64,000 nucleotides of DNA from Octopus sinensis (Eukaryota), in assembly GCF_006345805.1 (NCBI RefSeq), contig NC_043006.1:23994001-24058000 (forward strand). Reading direction: 5' to 3'. Under the pieces are notes generated by a model that was not told the origin of the DNA, did not search any database, and worked only from the letters and a program-made list of their open reading frames with translations. The position numbers and the translations under genes were made by a program. Positions 1-12,900 of the stretch are shown here, piece by piece; the stretch's first letter is position 1, and each line of letters begins with the position of its first letter.

Positions 1-88
1 ACTCGAAAAGGTAGAATCCCCCGCTCGCTGCGCGCGCGTCACCGCTGCCCCTTCCGGTCAGCTCCCCAGCTGCTGACGTCATCCCACA
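1..88 (-). repeat. Start of 3' LTR of the gypsy element (runs off the window)
   Basis: On the minus strand, after the end of pol, a purine-rich tract AAGATCAGGGTGGCG is followed by TG at 88-87. Confidence 0.55.
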
Positions 89-102
89 CGCCACCCTGAT
101 CT

Positions 103-1020
103 TAAAGATCATGTCGTAGTCCACCATCCAGCAGGGAGGGCGCCTTGCGCGTCGAGATCTTCTCAAGCTGGGCACCTCATTCTCCCCCTCTCCACAATGG
201 TTGTCCGTCGAAGCGACAATCCTGCGAAGGTCCAAGACGTGTCGCGGCATTCCATCCACAGAGACGTTGTTTCTGGAATTGACCACAGTCACTGTTCCTC
301 TGCTCCATTGAGACGTACAGCGCGCTTTTGGTGGCTTAACCCAGACTTCCTCCCCTATTTTCTCTTCCTCGTGGCCCTCCGGCGCTTTGCTCGGGTACCT
401 CCATTCATATTTAAATACAGCTCTCTGCGGCACAGATTCCTCAGCTTGTCCGGATCGGGGAGACAAGTTGTACCAAAAAACTGCTTCAAGCGGCGAAATG
501 TGCCCTCTTTCCGCTATGGCCTTGACTGTCCGATGGTGCCTCTCTACGATCACGTTACCGCTCGGCCTATACGTTGCTCTGAACAAGCGACGCACCTTCC
601 ACCGATCAAGCATAAACCCTCAATGCTTCCGAACGAAACGCCGCCCCGTTGTCCATCAGCAGTTCTTCCACGGGACCTCTCTCTAAAAATATCCCGTTCA
701 AGATCTGCGCGATCTCGTCAGCAATGCCCGTTCTCAACTCCCTCCAAATGGCCAGCCGGCCCGGCCCGCAGTCGACCATGGAGAGATACATTCCCTGACG
801 GTAGTGCGTCACATCCACAGCTAGCCTTTTCCAGTTGTGCTCCACCGAAAGGTTTCCCTGCTCATGCCCACACGGAGCAGGGTCGATGGACTGACACCTG
901 TCACAGCTCCCGACCAATTTCCGGATGCTTCTCCTAGTGACTGACGTCAGCATCAAATTTCTTCGCCAGATACAGGGTCCTGTCCACACCCAGGTGATGC
1001 ATAGCATGCAGTCTCTTCAG
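103..1020 (-). pseudogene. Gypsy integrase (frameshifted)
   Basis: ORF 606..1007 has CDRCQSIDP, RLAVDVTHY and ELLMDNGAAF. The catalytic E region (AYRPSGNVIVERHHRTVK) continues in another frame below 600. Confidence 0.88.
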
Positions 1021-1027
1021 TTCAGAG

Positions 1028-2930
1028 TCATCCAACTGACACGCCGCAGCTATCCCTTTCCGGGCCTCCTCCGGTTCTTCCAACCACGCTCTTTTCACCC
1101 TGGTCAGTGCGTCCGTTTTTCTCCGAAGGCACGAAAACCACGTTCAGCTTCAGTCCGAACTCGGCGATCAATTCACCTAGAACTCCTAGACGGCGCTTCA
1201 CTAACATATCCGCGGCACCTTTCGTCCGCACTCTCCTTTCACCGGTGATCACCGATCCTACCCAGCCAAGCACAGTGGCCGAATCCGTCCGGATTTCAAT
1301 TGTGCGCAGCCCCCATTTCAGGGCCAAGTTCACCCCTTTCAGCACCGCATCTTATTCGGCGACATTGATGTGGTTGAAGTCATCTGCTTTCCGAAGCCAG
1401 GCTGCGTCCTCCACCGCAGCGTCTTCGATTGCCAACACAACCCCTATCGCTATACTACTAGCATCACACCAGACGGTCCCGCATTCCGTCTTGGGCACGT
1501 ACCAGTTCCCCCTGACCGTGTCTTCCGCTCTCGTCCTCTCTAGGATTTCCTGCATCATCGCCACCGTACCTTCTCCCACCTTGTCGCCCCAACTCTCCCT
1601 CTCCGCTCGTCTCTTGGTGTAACTGCACGCCGTGCGCAGCCATCCAGCGATCGGGTAGTGACCGACCAACTTCCCACACACCGAGAACAGCTCTCTCCTG
1701 CTGACGCTGGAACTCAGCTCTGGGATTTCATTCCCTCTCCGGAACACCAATTCACCTGATCCATCTCTTCGCAGCTTCATCCCCAGCGCGGCTCCCCCTT
1801 CCATCGACTCCGGTGGCTTCGCAATCAGTCCGAACTTCTCCAGATGACTAACTACCTCGTTGGCTGGCACTACAGTTTCGTCCACCAAAATGTCGTCAAT
1901 GTAGGAGCTGGTAGCCTTTCTAATCTTGCCGTCTTTCCCTAGGACTGACTTAAGCACTGCCGCCATGATCTTCGGAGCGGAATTCAGCCCGAAACCCAGC
2001 CTGGTTAAACAGTACGTCCGGCCTTTGTACCGCACCAGCTGATATCGCCACAGTTTGTCGCTCACATGGAGCTGCAAGTATGCCGATTTCAAGTCGACAA
2101 TCGTCGCTGCTTTGGTCGACTGTCTCCACGCACGTAACGTCTCACCACAAACGTCTGTCACCTCACCTCCCGTGTGACACGATATATGCTGGTTTAGCTC
2201 CCTGAAGTCCAGCACCGGTCTGACTTTTCCCTTCGTAGGTTGCACCACCGCCATCAGGGGTAGCACTCCGCCCGCTACCTCCTCCTCCCAAGGGACAAGG
2301 ACCCCTTCCTCGATCCACCTCTCCACCTCGTCTTCAAACTCAACCCTGGCGTGGCCTTTCAGGGTATGCTGGTAACAGCTCACTCTGTTTTTCAGCATCG
2401 GAGGCTCGTCCTTCCATCGCCACTCTATCGTCCACCGCTGACCATTGAACGCCGCCACAAAGTCTTTGTCCTCGATGGTGTAGGCGGCGCAGTCCCTCGC
2501 GGAGCTCTGCTCTCTCTCTCTCTGGCGATCCTGACTCGCAGTGCACAATTCCCCCACGCTTCCGAACTTGACCTCATCTCCCACAATACTGACGCCACCG
2601 AGGCAGTTGATGGAGTCCATCCCCATCACTACATCAACCCCATCTATCACGCGTTCATCCACAATTACCTGTAGCCTTAGCGTCGCGCCGCGCACCACTA
2701 TCTCTACCTTGCTGCTGCCTCTGCAACGGATTTCACTGCCATCGACCGCCCGGACGCTACTTGCCCCGTTCCATTTCTTCGTCACCCTTGAAGTCACAAG
2801 GGTGGTCGTACAGCCCGTATCCACGAGGGCCTTGAACGTCTTCCCCTCGGCCTCCACGTCAATTAATGGCAGCGTCTCCAAAAGCGCCTCTACTCGTTTG
2901 CGGGGAAAGTTCGAGAGCAGCAACTTCCCC
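1028..2930 (-). pseudogene. Gypsy protease-RT-RNase H, with a premature stop at 1352-1354 inside RNase H
   Basis: ORF 1352..3037 (DTG protease, YIDD RT, CDAS) ends INVAE*. The same frame resumes DAVLKGVNLALKWG...TDS (ORF 1028..1345). Confidence 0.93.
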
Positions 2931-3400
2931 GCGGTCGTTTCCCTGGTCGCAATCACGGGCGATGTGCCCTGTCTGCCTGCATCGATAGCAAACGGGCCCC
3001 GGTTGCGTAGTCCCGCGCCATATGCGACCCCTGACATCTAAAACACCGACCTGAGAACGGCCGCTGTCGTTGCATGGTAGGCTTCTGTACGTCTTTCTCC
3101 GGTCGTCGTCCGTCTTTACGCACCTCCATTACCGCCATCGCTATCGCCTTCCGCCCAGAGTGTCGCGTCAACACGCGGGCTTGAGTCACAAGTTCGCTCA
3201 GCGCCATCTTTTTAATCCCGGGCAATCGTTGTAGGTGAATCCCTACATCGTCGGGGAACCCATTTACAAACGCCAGTCGCGCTGCTCTCTCCATCCCTCC
3301 TTCTGTAAACCCAGCCAGCGTCGCTAACCTTCGAACTTCTGCCGCGTACTTGTCCACCTGTCCTCCCGTCCATCTGATCGTACCCAGCTTAGCAAAAGCT
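2931..3400 (-). pseudogene. Gypsy gag C-terminal part with two CCHC zinc knuckles
   Basis: CFRCQGSHMARD in ORF 2953..3357. A second knuckle CYRCRQTGHIARDC follows in a shifted frame. Confidence 0.85.
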
Positions 3401-3717
3401 AACAGATTGGATTTGGAGAAAGTACATTAGTCGCTTTTACTGTCTGTATACGTACGTGCGTACGTACGTAACAGCTACTTGTGATAAAGGACCCGAAATA
3501 CCTGTTACGTGGTAGCAGGGCATGCAAGAAATAGCAGCCAAATACTTTCTTTTCTGGGGAAAGGAGCCGTTTACACGTGATTTTGATGCGAAATAACTTG
3601 GAAAAGATTTTAAAAAACCAGCGTAACCACTCCGCTGCTGGGAAACTCAGACGTACGTATGTATGTATATATGTGTGTGTGTATGTATGTATGTATGTAT
3701 GTATGTATGTATGTATG

Positions 3718-3748
<31 letters not shown>

Positions 3749-5780
3749 CAGGCAATTGGATGGTCGCTGACTCTCTTTAATTCACCTGTCCTTTGACGGA
3801 CCTCCTTTTTTTATCCACCAGGATGTCTAGAACTCATCTTACACTAATCAGGATGGCCAGTTTAGTCGCCGATCACCTGACCATATAACAGATTACATGT
3901 TACCAACAGCACGCATGACCGACCAAACACACACTCACACACGTAATCTCTCTCTCTCTCTCTCTCTTACGCGCATGTGCGTGACCGGAAATCTGTCGCA
4001 GGAAAAGTCATCATTTTGGCTCAGTAAACAATGTCCCACGTTGTTTAAATACCATAAATAATAATAATTCACATAATAAAACAAATATTTGACAATTCGT
4101 GACGTTGATACAATTTCTGTAATGGCAACACTTAAATACCACAACGTTCTATTTAAAATATTTATGTGTGTGAGTGGGGTGTCAGTGACAGAGTAAGGAG
4201 GCGAAAGAGGAAGATCCCCAAGAGACATAGGTTTAAAAAGGGCTCAAAACTGCCTTTGATTTACCATGCCTGCTAATACCAAAAGTGTATTTACCATCAG
4301 GAACTGAAAATCTTTTTGCTGTTGCTGTTTTATTTGTCTTTTCTGTCAATTTTTTTCTATTACTTTATGACTGGAACAGGTTGTTCGACGAACTTGTTCT
4401 TTCAAGCATTGTTGGCTTCATTTTTTTTCTCTTCTTTTCCTTTTATTGTCTTTATTGCGGTTCTTTTCGGTTTCGCACACCAGATCCGATCTTTTTTCTG
4501 TTTGTTTTTTTGAAAGCTTCTACACTGAAGTGGTTTCTCATGCGTATTACGAAAGCATTAGTATAAAGGATTACTCAGTACGTGTTTAGTCATTTTCACA
4601 AGAAAAAGGTTTCAATGACAGTGACCATCTCATGAAGGTGATCAAGCCGAACCTTCTAAAAGTTCACACACACACACAAACACAACAGTATGTCACTCCA
4701 ACTACATGTTTTGGGTGTTATCTTTTTCGTTTCGAAAAAGGACTATGTCCGAAACGTTATACCTATAACTTTATAACTGTTATTTCTTCATCCTAATTGC
4801 ATTAAGTATAAACGTTCCTTGTACTTTTGTTGCTTTTTGTTATTTGTATTTGTTTTGCTATATACTCGAACCATATCTTTCTGGTCATATCCAGAGAATT
4901 GCAGTTGTAATGATAAAAGTTTTGTTGTTGTTTACTGTAGGATGAGAAAGATGAACAATGCATGAAGTTTTAAAGAAATATTTATTTACCGTTACGTTGA
5001 AAAACACCATACCTCGACGGGCAGGTTGTAATAAATCCAAAAGCATGCGAAGTAAAGTTTGTGTTTGTGTCCTCTTCATTGTTTAGTAGTAATTACAGAG
5101 AGAGAGATAGGATGATGTTGTAAGAGAACAGAATTAGAGCTAGAGAGAGTGAGAGAGTGTGGGACGTTGTCTTCCTTTTTTCTCTCTGGCTGTTTTGTCT
5201 GCCTGCTTCCATTATTATAGTTGTCGGTTCACAAACTGATGTTAACTCTCTCTCAACTCACGAGTTTGTCACCAAGGTGACTAACTCCGTTAAGTCGTCA
5301 CGACTGTGACGAACTCATTTTTGCTTGGGATGTGCTGGTTTATATAACTATCCAGGAGGATAGATATATCATTGAGAACAATAGATTTAGTTGGTGGTCT
5401 TGTTATCTATATTCTAGCTTTTGGTGAAGTAGAAGAGGTTAGAAAGAGTCAAGTGGTGAAGACATTATTTCGACCTAGCTAAAGGCATCTGTAAAATGTA
5501 AAACTGCTGTCAGAGAAAAACCATTGTTCCATCGTGGGAAACGTTCTGTTGCAGTGTTAATTTAAATTTGGCTGTGATGGATCGAATCCACTTCATGCTT
5601 GCATTTGGCTGTGGTGGATCGAATCCACTTCATGCTTGCAAAATCCACTACAATTATATTATTATTATTAGATAAAGATTTGTCCAAACGTTCTTTGAAG
5701 ACCTCCACATCTAGCATGCACATATACATACTGAGACACATAACATTTTCTTTCAAAATCCCATGTATCATTTTATAGAA

Positions 5781-5832
<52 letters not shown>

Positions 5833-6151
5833 TGTACCAGTACGTTTGTGTGCAAGCCCAATTTTTTTTTCCAATGCAAAATTTCGCTATAATTATAACC
5901 TAAAAGATATTTGTAGAAAATTTTATTAGAAAATATTTATTTTTATGAAAATTATGAGGAAACAAAGCCAATCCGTGTGAATTTTTTGAAACACTTCTCC
6001 CCGTCCTCGGAAAAAAAAATTCACATTAAATTCCAATATAATCGAACTCTACACCATCCGAAAGATATTTGTAGAAAATTTCATTTAAAAAATTTTCTGA
6101 AAGTTGTGAGGAAACAAAATCTAGAGGCACAGTTGTGTACATATGCGTTTA

Positions 6152-6236
<85 letters not shown>

Positions 6237-6239
<3 letters not shown>

Positions 6240-7790
6240 GGAGTAAACACATAAATGTGAAACAAGGTGGAATAAAGAGTACTCAAATACCAGTGGTAGA
6301 GTAATATGCTTTATTTTAAGCAGCAGAAAATTCAACAAAATCTGTTACTCTGAGTTTCTCGTTGCCGTTCATCAGACAGTTTTTGCTAGAATGGAACCGA
6401 TATATCAATTCAATCTAGACTCTTACAAACGCTACACCTTTAAAAAGAAATGGACTTGTTTGATTGGCCCTTTAGAAAAAAACGGTCAATCTTCGAGCGA
6501 TAAACAAAAAGGTAAAAAAATAGTCAAAATCAAAATTTCAAAAATCAAAAATACAAAGAAGTGAGCTAATGAACTTATGTAGGCACGCGGCTAAATTTAA
6601 AATGTCGAATATAAATATACCATATGGATAGAGTATATATTTTGCATTTTTGATTTTTGAAATTTTGATTTTGACTCTTGAACGATGAGCGCTACGATGG
6701 ATTTTGTTTCCAAGCTATGCGGATCTTAATCCGTATAGCAAAGTCTTATGTTTCTACATATACATCAGGAAAAACCTTCAACTTTGTTTTCATGTTATTG
6801 TATTGTATAGGATTACCTTGATTATTTATATTACCTTGATTATTTATAAATGATCCAAAATAGGGTGTTATATTTTATTTTATATGTCTTTCGTATATAT
6901 TTTTATTAATGCACCCATTCTTTTAAAAAAAGCAATGTTTTTTTTAAAAAAAGCAATGTTGTCAAAATTAGAATGTTGATGTAAGTATGTGTATAGCCGG
7001 GGATATGTATTTGTAAGCATGCGTATCTGTGTATGTGTAAGTGAGAGTATGTTTGTGCTTAAGCACACATATACACGACTGTATGTGTATGTATCCATTC
7101 GAACTTGTGTTTATACTTGTCTCCATATATGCCAATAATGCCGTTACACAGCTTGTATACATAATTTTTTCTTATTTCGTTTTTTTCCCCACCCCTCCTT
7201 CGTTCCTTTTTCTCTCTCTTCCTTTCTTTCGTTCCCCCCCTTACTCAGTATATGAGAATCGCTACATAGATCATTTTTAACTTGCGTGCGAGATGGTTTG
7301 CGTGAATATATGTACACATGCATTTATGTGTATATTTAGATTTATATTCATACGTCTGTATATGTATGGCGTTTGCGCGCATCCTTTTGTGTATGTTGAT
7401 ATATATATGCACATTTTAATAAAAATATGTATTGCAGTGTAATATTAATAACAGCTTTAATTTCTATGAATTAATTTATACTTTCTTCATTAACGTCAAT
7501 ATGTATTTTATTCAATGTAAGGTTTTTTCCTCGGATTTTATAATTTTTTTATAAGATTTTTTATATATATATACATATATTTTTTTACCTTTTTGTTTAT
7601 CGCTCGAAGATTGACCGTTTTTTTCTAAAGAGCCAATCAAACAAGTCCATTTCTTTTTAAAGGTGTAGCGTTTGTAAGAGTCTAGATTGAATTGATATAT
7701 CGGTTCCATTCTAGCAAAAACTGTCTGATGAACGGCAACGAGAAACTCAGAGTAACAGATTTTGTTGAATTTTCTGCTGCTTAAAATAGA
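6237..7790. mobile_element. PLE-type fold-back element between (TA)n tracts, with about 210-bp inverted arms each carrying an HHR motif
   Basis: 6313..6522 is the near-exact reverse complement of 7578..7789. Both ends abut (TA)n. Confidence 0.7.
7717..7763 (+). ncRNA. Type I hammerhead ribozyme motif (mirror copy on the minus strand at 6337..6384)
   Basis: ctgt-CTGATGA-acg gcaa cga-GAAA-ctc a gag-TA-acag. Stem I is ctgt/acag, stem III is quasi-palindromic ACTCAGAGT, and the first pair of stem II is mismatched (A-A). Confidence 0.7.
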
Positions 7791-7799
7791 GTATATATA

Positions 7800-7841
<42 letters not shown>

Positions 7842-7878
7842 TATATATATTATATATATATATATAATATATATATAT

Positions 7879-7928
<50 letters not shown>

Positions 7929-7931
<3 letters not shown>

Positions 7932-8338
7932 TTAATAAGGGTGAGAGAATTAGATACTAATTTAATAGTATATTTATTCAACACCAAGTGGCCTAGTGCT
8001 ACGAGAAACTGGATTATTATAATATTTTATAACATATTATAATATTTTTACAAAATAAATATAAGAGAGTGGTCACTATATTGCTCACTCTAGCACCAGT
8101 TAATCCAAAGGTTTCAACCACGAAAATACATGCTTCCCATGAAAGCCAGTACGACTGTTAGCTCACACGGACAGGGCAAGTAAAAAATAACAGTATTTTT
8201 GTATTTTTTACTTGCCCTGTCCGTGTGAGCTAACAGTCGTACTGGCTTTCATGGGAAGCATGTATTTTCGTGGTTGAAACCTTTGGATTAACTGGTGCTA
8301 GAGTGAGCAATATAGTGACCACTCTCTTATATTTATTT
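7929..8338. repeat. Fold-back element in (TA)n; inverted arms 8053..8189 / 8202..8338
   Basis: Arms of about 137 bp read as exact reverse complements. Confidence 0.85.
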
Positions 8339-8366
8339 ATATATAATATATATATATATTATATAT

Positions 8367-8413
<47 letters not shown>

Positions 8414-8654
8414 AACCTCTTGACCATTGCCAGCCTCCTCTGGCCCCTGTGCGGTGGCACGTAAAAAGCATGCACATATACATACTGCGACACATAACAT
8501 TTTCTTTCAAAATCCTGTGTATCATTTTATAGAAATGTGTGTGTGTGTGATGTACCAGTACGTTTGTGTGAGAGCCCAAATTTTTTTTCCAATGCAAAAT
8601 TTCGCTATAATTGTAACCTAAAAGGTATTTGTAGAAAATTTTATTAGAAAATGT

Positions 8655-8800
8655 GGTTGGCGTTAGGAAGGGCATCCAGCTGTAGAAACACTGCCAGATC
8701 AGATTGGAGCCTAGAGCAGCCTCCTAGCTTCCCAGACGCCAGTCGAACCGTCCAACCCATGCTAGCATGGAAAACGGACGTTAAACGATGATGGTGATGA
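8655..8800 (+). mobile_element. RTE-type 3' tail repeat ending in (TGA)n (representative; other copies near 12015-12260, 17020-17455, 24745-25070, 25600-25940, 28252-28400, 30740-31030, 39475-39905)
   Basis: Recurrent GTTAGGAAGGGCATCCAGCTGTAGAAAC...CCATGCTAGCATGGAAAACGGACGTTAAACGATGATG. At 30530-31030 it follows RTE C-terminal coding remnants. Confidence 0.8.
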
Positions 8801-8823
8801 TATATATATATATAGATATATAT

Positions 8824-8974
8824 GTAGGTCCCGAGTTGAGTCGGGGTTAACCACAGTAAATAAGGTACTCAATACATAGCAGAGTAAATTAATTTTTTAT
8901 AGAAGGAGCTTCTACAGGACTAGAACTGTTTCGAATGAAACAGTTCTAGTCCTGTAGAAGCTCCTTCTATAAAA
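8824..8974. repeat. Short fold-back element in (TA)n; 38-bp perfect hairpin 8895..8974
   Basis: TTTTATAGAAGGAGCTTCTACAGGACTAGAACTGTTTC-gaat-GAAACAGTTCTAGTCCTGTAGAAGCTCCTTCTATAAAA. Confidence 0.85.
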
Positions 8975-9130
8975 TATATATATATATATATATACACACA
9001 CATATATATATAATATATATATAACACACACATATATATATATATATAATAACACCACACACATATATATATATATATATATATTAATATATATATAAGA
9101 TATATATATATATACACATATATATACATA

Positions 9131-9495
9131 CTAGCAGTATCGCCGGCGTTGCTCAGGTTTGTAAGGGAATAACTATAAAGCATTTTTAGAGAGTTATAGC
9201 CAAAAAATGGAAAAAATGATGGTAAATTTTTTTTTGAGATTTAAAAAAGGTGGAGTTGCGTCCCCTAGACAGTTTGTGGTTCGTGTTTCTGATTCTCGAC
9301 CCCATGTCGAATTTATCGATTTTATTCAGAACTGGGGGAACTTTTCAAAATTTTCGCTGCGTTAGTTTTGAATTATGACATTGGGCTATGTGTGTGTCAA
9401 GTTTCATCAGAAACGGTTGAAAGCCGTGGTCAGGGTGAGGGTACAAGCAAACAGACACACAGAAACACGCACAGACAAACTGCCGTTTATATATA
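9131..9495 (-). mobile_element. Non-autonomous Helitron
   Basis: Minus-strand 3' end with a GC-rich hairpin followed by CTAG at 9131, like the Helitron end at 45930-45961. The 5' end has TATATAAAC...TTTGTCTGTG. Confidence 0.7.
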
Positions 9496-9520
9496 ATATA
9501 TATATATATTATATATATAT

Positions 9521-9578
<58 letters not shown>

Positions 9579-9904
9579 CACATATATATGTGTGTATATA
9601 TATATATTATACACACACACACACATACATACATACATACATACATACACTTAAGTTTCGGCTAGAATTTACCTAGTCCATGTCTAAATAAATAGCACCA
9701 CCTGGAAAAGATATTAATGATATTTCATATTAGTCGTTGTGTGTGTGTGTGTGTGTGTGTATGCATGCATGTATGTATATAATGTCATATTATACAATAT
9801 ATGTGTATATACGTATGTACACACACTTAGATACGTACATACTTAGAAATATAGAGATAGCCAGACATACAAATGTGTTCGTGTGTGAGAGAAAAGAGAG
9901 AGAG

Positions 9905-9951
<47 letters not shown>

Positions 9952-10671
9952 GTGCGTATGTGTATGCATATGTTGTGTATGTATATTCGTATCTATGTGT
10001 GCGTTTGCATCTATATCTATATTTATATCTATTTGTCCTACTCGATGTTAACTCTCCCTGTTTATCCTTCTAACCTTTACTCTATTCTCTCTCACTCTCT
10101 CTCTCGCTCTGTATCTATCTATCTATCTATCTCTCCTTTTATATGTATATATCTCCCCCTCCTTCTATCTCTCTATCCCCTTTCTCTTTTTTCTCTCTTT
10201 CTATTCTTTCTCCCTCTCTATCTATCCCACACAACTGTCGTCTGCTATTCAACCATTTTAACCAACAGTCCTGCCTGCCATTAACACATTGATTGAATCG
10301 CTCAGATTTCTTCTAACTTCAAACATTTTCTCCGTCCACAGATTTTGTTTAGAGTATCCCAAGGTCACGTATCTTTATCTCATAGCAAATATTTATCTTA
10401 TTTCTGATTATTTGTCCCGATATGAAAGACTATAATGCATGTTGTAAGTTAACATTATGAGCTACGTACATCGGACTTCTGATGTCGGAAATTCACTATT
10501 ATTGATATTAGGTACTATTTGTCTGGGAAAATTTGAATGAAAATTTAAGTATTTCTAATGAAATACTTAACTTTTCATTCATATTTTCTCTGTTATAAGA
10601 GAGTCATTATTTTCAGTTATTTTACCAAGTATTTCTTCACAAGAAAAAGAAAACAAACACTTTAAAGCTAA

Positions 10672-11040
10672 CTAGCAGTATCGCCCGGCATTGCTCGGGT
10701 TTGTTTCGACCCTTTGGAATTGGAATTTTTGAAAAGTAAAAGTTTTGCATTATGTAGCTTATTATTCTCTTTAAATGAATTTTTTCTGGTTGAAATACAC
10801 TGAAAAATGGCAGGGATTTTCATAGAAAAAAAGCACCTTTTTGATGTAAATAATTTTTGGTGTTAACCTGGTCCGATTTGAATTTTTTCTTTTTTTCTTA
10901 TCCGGAAAGAAGAGCAAGCCTTCTTCTATCATACTCTCAAGTTTGGTCAGCTTGCGCCGCAGGGTCTCGGAGGAGATAGTGTTAGTTGAAGGCTACCAAA
11001 CCTGTCATACACAGACAACTTCAGCTTTATATAGAGAGAG
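10672..11040 (-). mobile_element. Non-autonomous Helitron
   Basis: Minus strand begins TCTCTCTATATAAAGCTGAAGTTGTCTGTG and ends CCCGAGCAATGCCGGGCGATACTGCTAG. Confidence 0.75.
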
Positions 11041-11191
11041 ATTTATCTCTTTACTCGGTTGTGTTCGTTATGCCTAAATAATGCAACGTGTATACCTTAC
11101 ATTTATGCATGTCTATATGTGTGTGCGTGCATGCGTGAGTGTATATATAGTATAATACATGTGTGTGTATAATGTGTATGTATAATATGTG

Positions 11192-11232
<41 letters not shown>

Positions 11233-11616
11233 CCTAACACCGCTTGACAACCAGTGTTGATTTGTTTACGTTCCTGAGACTTAGCGGTTCAACAAAAAGG
11301 AGTCGTTAAAATTAGAAACAGGAATAAAAATAAGCACTGGAGTCGATTCGTGCCTTCAACACACACACACACTCTAGCTTTCGCATCAATATACAAGCAT
11401 ATCCATCCATCTATCTGGCAATCCATCCATCCAAACATACATACATACATACACACACACATACATGCATACATACATGCATACATACCTACACACAACA
11501 CACATGCATACATACATACATACATACATACATACATACATACAACATACATACATACATACATACATATATCTATCTATCTATATATATATATGTATAT
11601 ATATATATCTATATAT

Positions 11617-11647
<31 letters not shown>

Positions 11648-11729
11648 ATAATATATATATATATATTATTATATATATATACTTTTCAGCAACCCTTCGT
11701 ATATATATATTATATATATATAATATATA

Positions 11730-11763
<34 letters not shown>

Positions 11764-11767
<4 letters not shown>

Positions 11768-11940
11768 GAAGGGTTGCTGAAAAGTTCCTGGCTTTAAGGG
11801 TGTCGCGCGAGGGGCCTGGTGGAGGCCTAAACTTCAGAGTTCTTTTAGAAGGCTTAGAAAAAACGATGTGACTGCTGCAATAAGTGTGTGAATCTGAGTG
11901 GGGAATATATTGAACAAAAATCATAATTAACTGATTCTCG
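11764..11940. mobile_element. Mariner/Tc1-derived fragment or MITE
   Basis: Begins TACGAAGGGTTGCTGAAAAGTTCC, resembling a mariner-type terminal repeat at a TA. The other end is degenerate. Confidence 0.45.
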
Positions 11941-12316
11941 TGTATATATATATATATATTATATAATATATGATATTATATATAATATATATATATATAT
12001 ATCTATATATATATCATCATCATCATCTTCATCGTTAACGTCCGTTTTCCATGCCAGAATGGGTTGGATGGTTCAACTGGGGTCTGGGAAGCCAGGAGGC
12101 TGCACCAGGCTCCAGTCTGATCTGGCAGTGTTTCTACAGCTGGATGCCCCTCCTAACACCAACCACTCCATGAGTGTAGTGGGTGCTTTTTACGTGCCAC
12201 CGGCACAGGTGCCAGGGGAGACTGGAAATGGCCACAATCGGCTGGTGCTTCTTACGTGCCATACATATATATACATACATACATACATACATACATACAT
12301 ACATACATACATACAT

Positions 12317-12357
<41 letters not shown>

Positions 12358-12900
12358 AAATTCTTCTGTTGTAGTATACATTCATAAACACCAACTCAAG
12401 GAATACTGGTGGAATATTCCCATCAAAACCTCTGTCAAACGTAAGCATAACAGGTCAGATATTGTTGTTTGGGACAGAGGGGCAGAGGTATGTACTATCA
12501 TAGAGGTCAGCTGCCCTGTAGATATAAATATCTCCTTGAAAATCAAAGAAAAAGAAAGAAAAAGAGGATATCTATGGACAACTGCTTTGAAACCTCCAAC
12601 TACTATATCCAGACTATGAATTTATATTCATACCAATAATAATTAGAGCACTAGATTTTGTTAGTAAATGCTTAAAGGAGAATCTAGATAAATTGGGATT
12701 TTCAGAAAGAGAAATTGACCGGCTGATTCGTACACTACAAGTCCAATTTGTGAGTGGAACAGTAAAAATATGCAAAACTTTTCTCAAGTTCCAAATGTGA
12801 ATTTGTCTGTCTTAACTACATCCCAAAAATGGAGCCTTGTATCTTTGTTGGAAACCGGCTCCCTCCTCAGTGGAAGATTTATCATAATTGAAAAATAGAT
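12358..12900 (+). mobile_element. 3' fragment of an R4/Dong-like non-LTR retrotransposon with a restriction-like endonuclease
   Basis: YWWNIPIKT..KHNRSDIVVWDR....TIIEVSCP (PD-(D/E)xK type). After a frameshift it continues LYPDYEFIFIPIII...GTVKICKTFLKFQM*. Flanked by (TACA)n/(GACA)n. Confidence 0.75.

Larger units (their letters stand above)
1..3400 (-). mobile_element. Ty3/gypsy LTR retrotransposon, 5'-truncated and frameshifted (gag-PR-RT-RNaseH-IN plus start of 3' LTR)
   Basis: Domain order on the minus strand: gag zinc knuckles, protease ALVDTGC, RT (VRPVLDFRELN, IVDLKSAYLQL, LGFGLNSAP, YIDDILV), RNase H (WCDAS, HINVAE, TDSATV), integrase. Much more GC-rich than its flanks. Confidence 0.95.

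Noticed and set aside
197-3041. Plus-strand ORFs overlapping the gypsy element
   Set aside because: Antisense shadows of a GC-rich coding region, with no recognisable motifs.
5116-5560. Segment starting TGTTGTA that might be another solo LTR
   Set aside because: No matching TACAACA end or target-site duplication found.
10260-10520. Unique CpG-containing stretch as promoter or first exon of the ankyrin gene
   Set aside because: Plausible but unsupported; no diagnostic motif or strong donor could be assigned from sequence alone.
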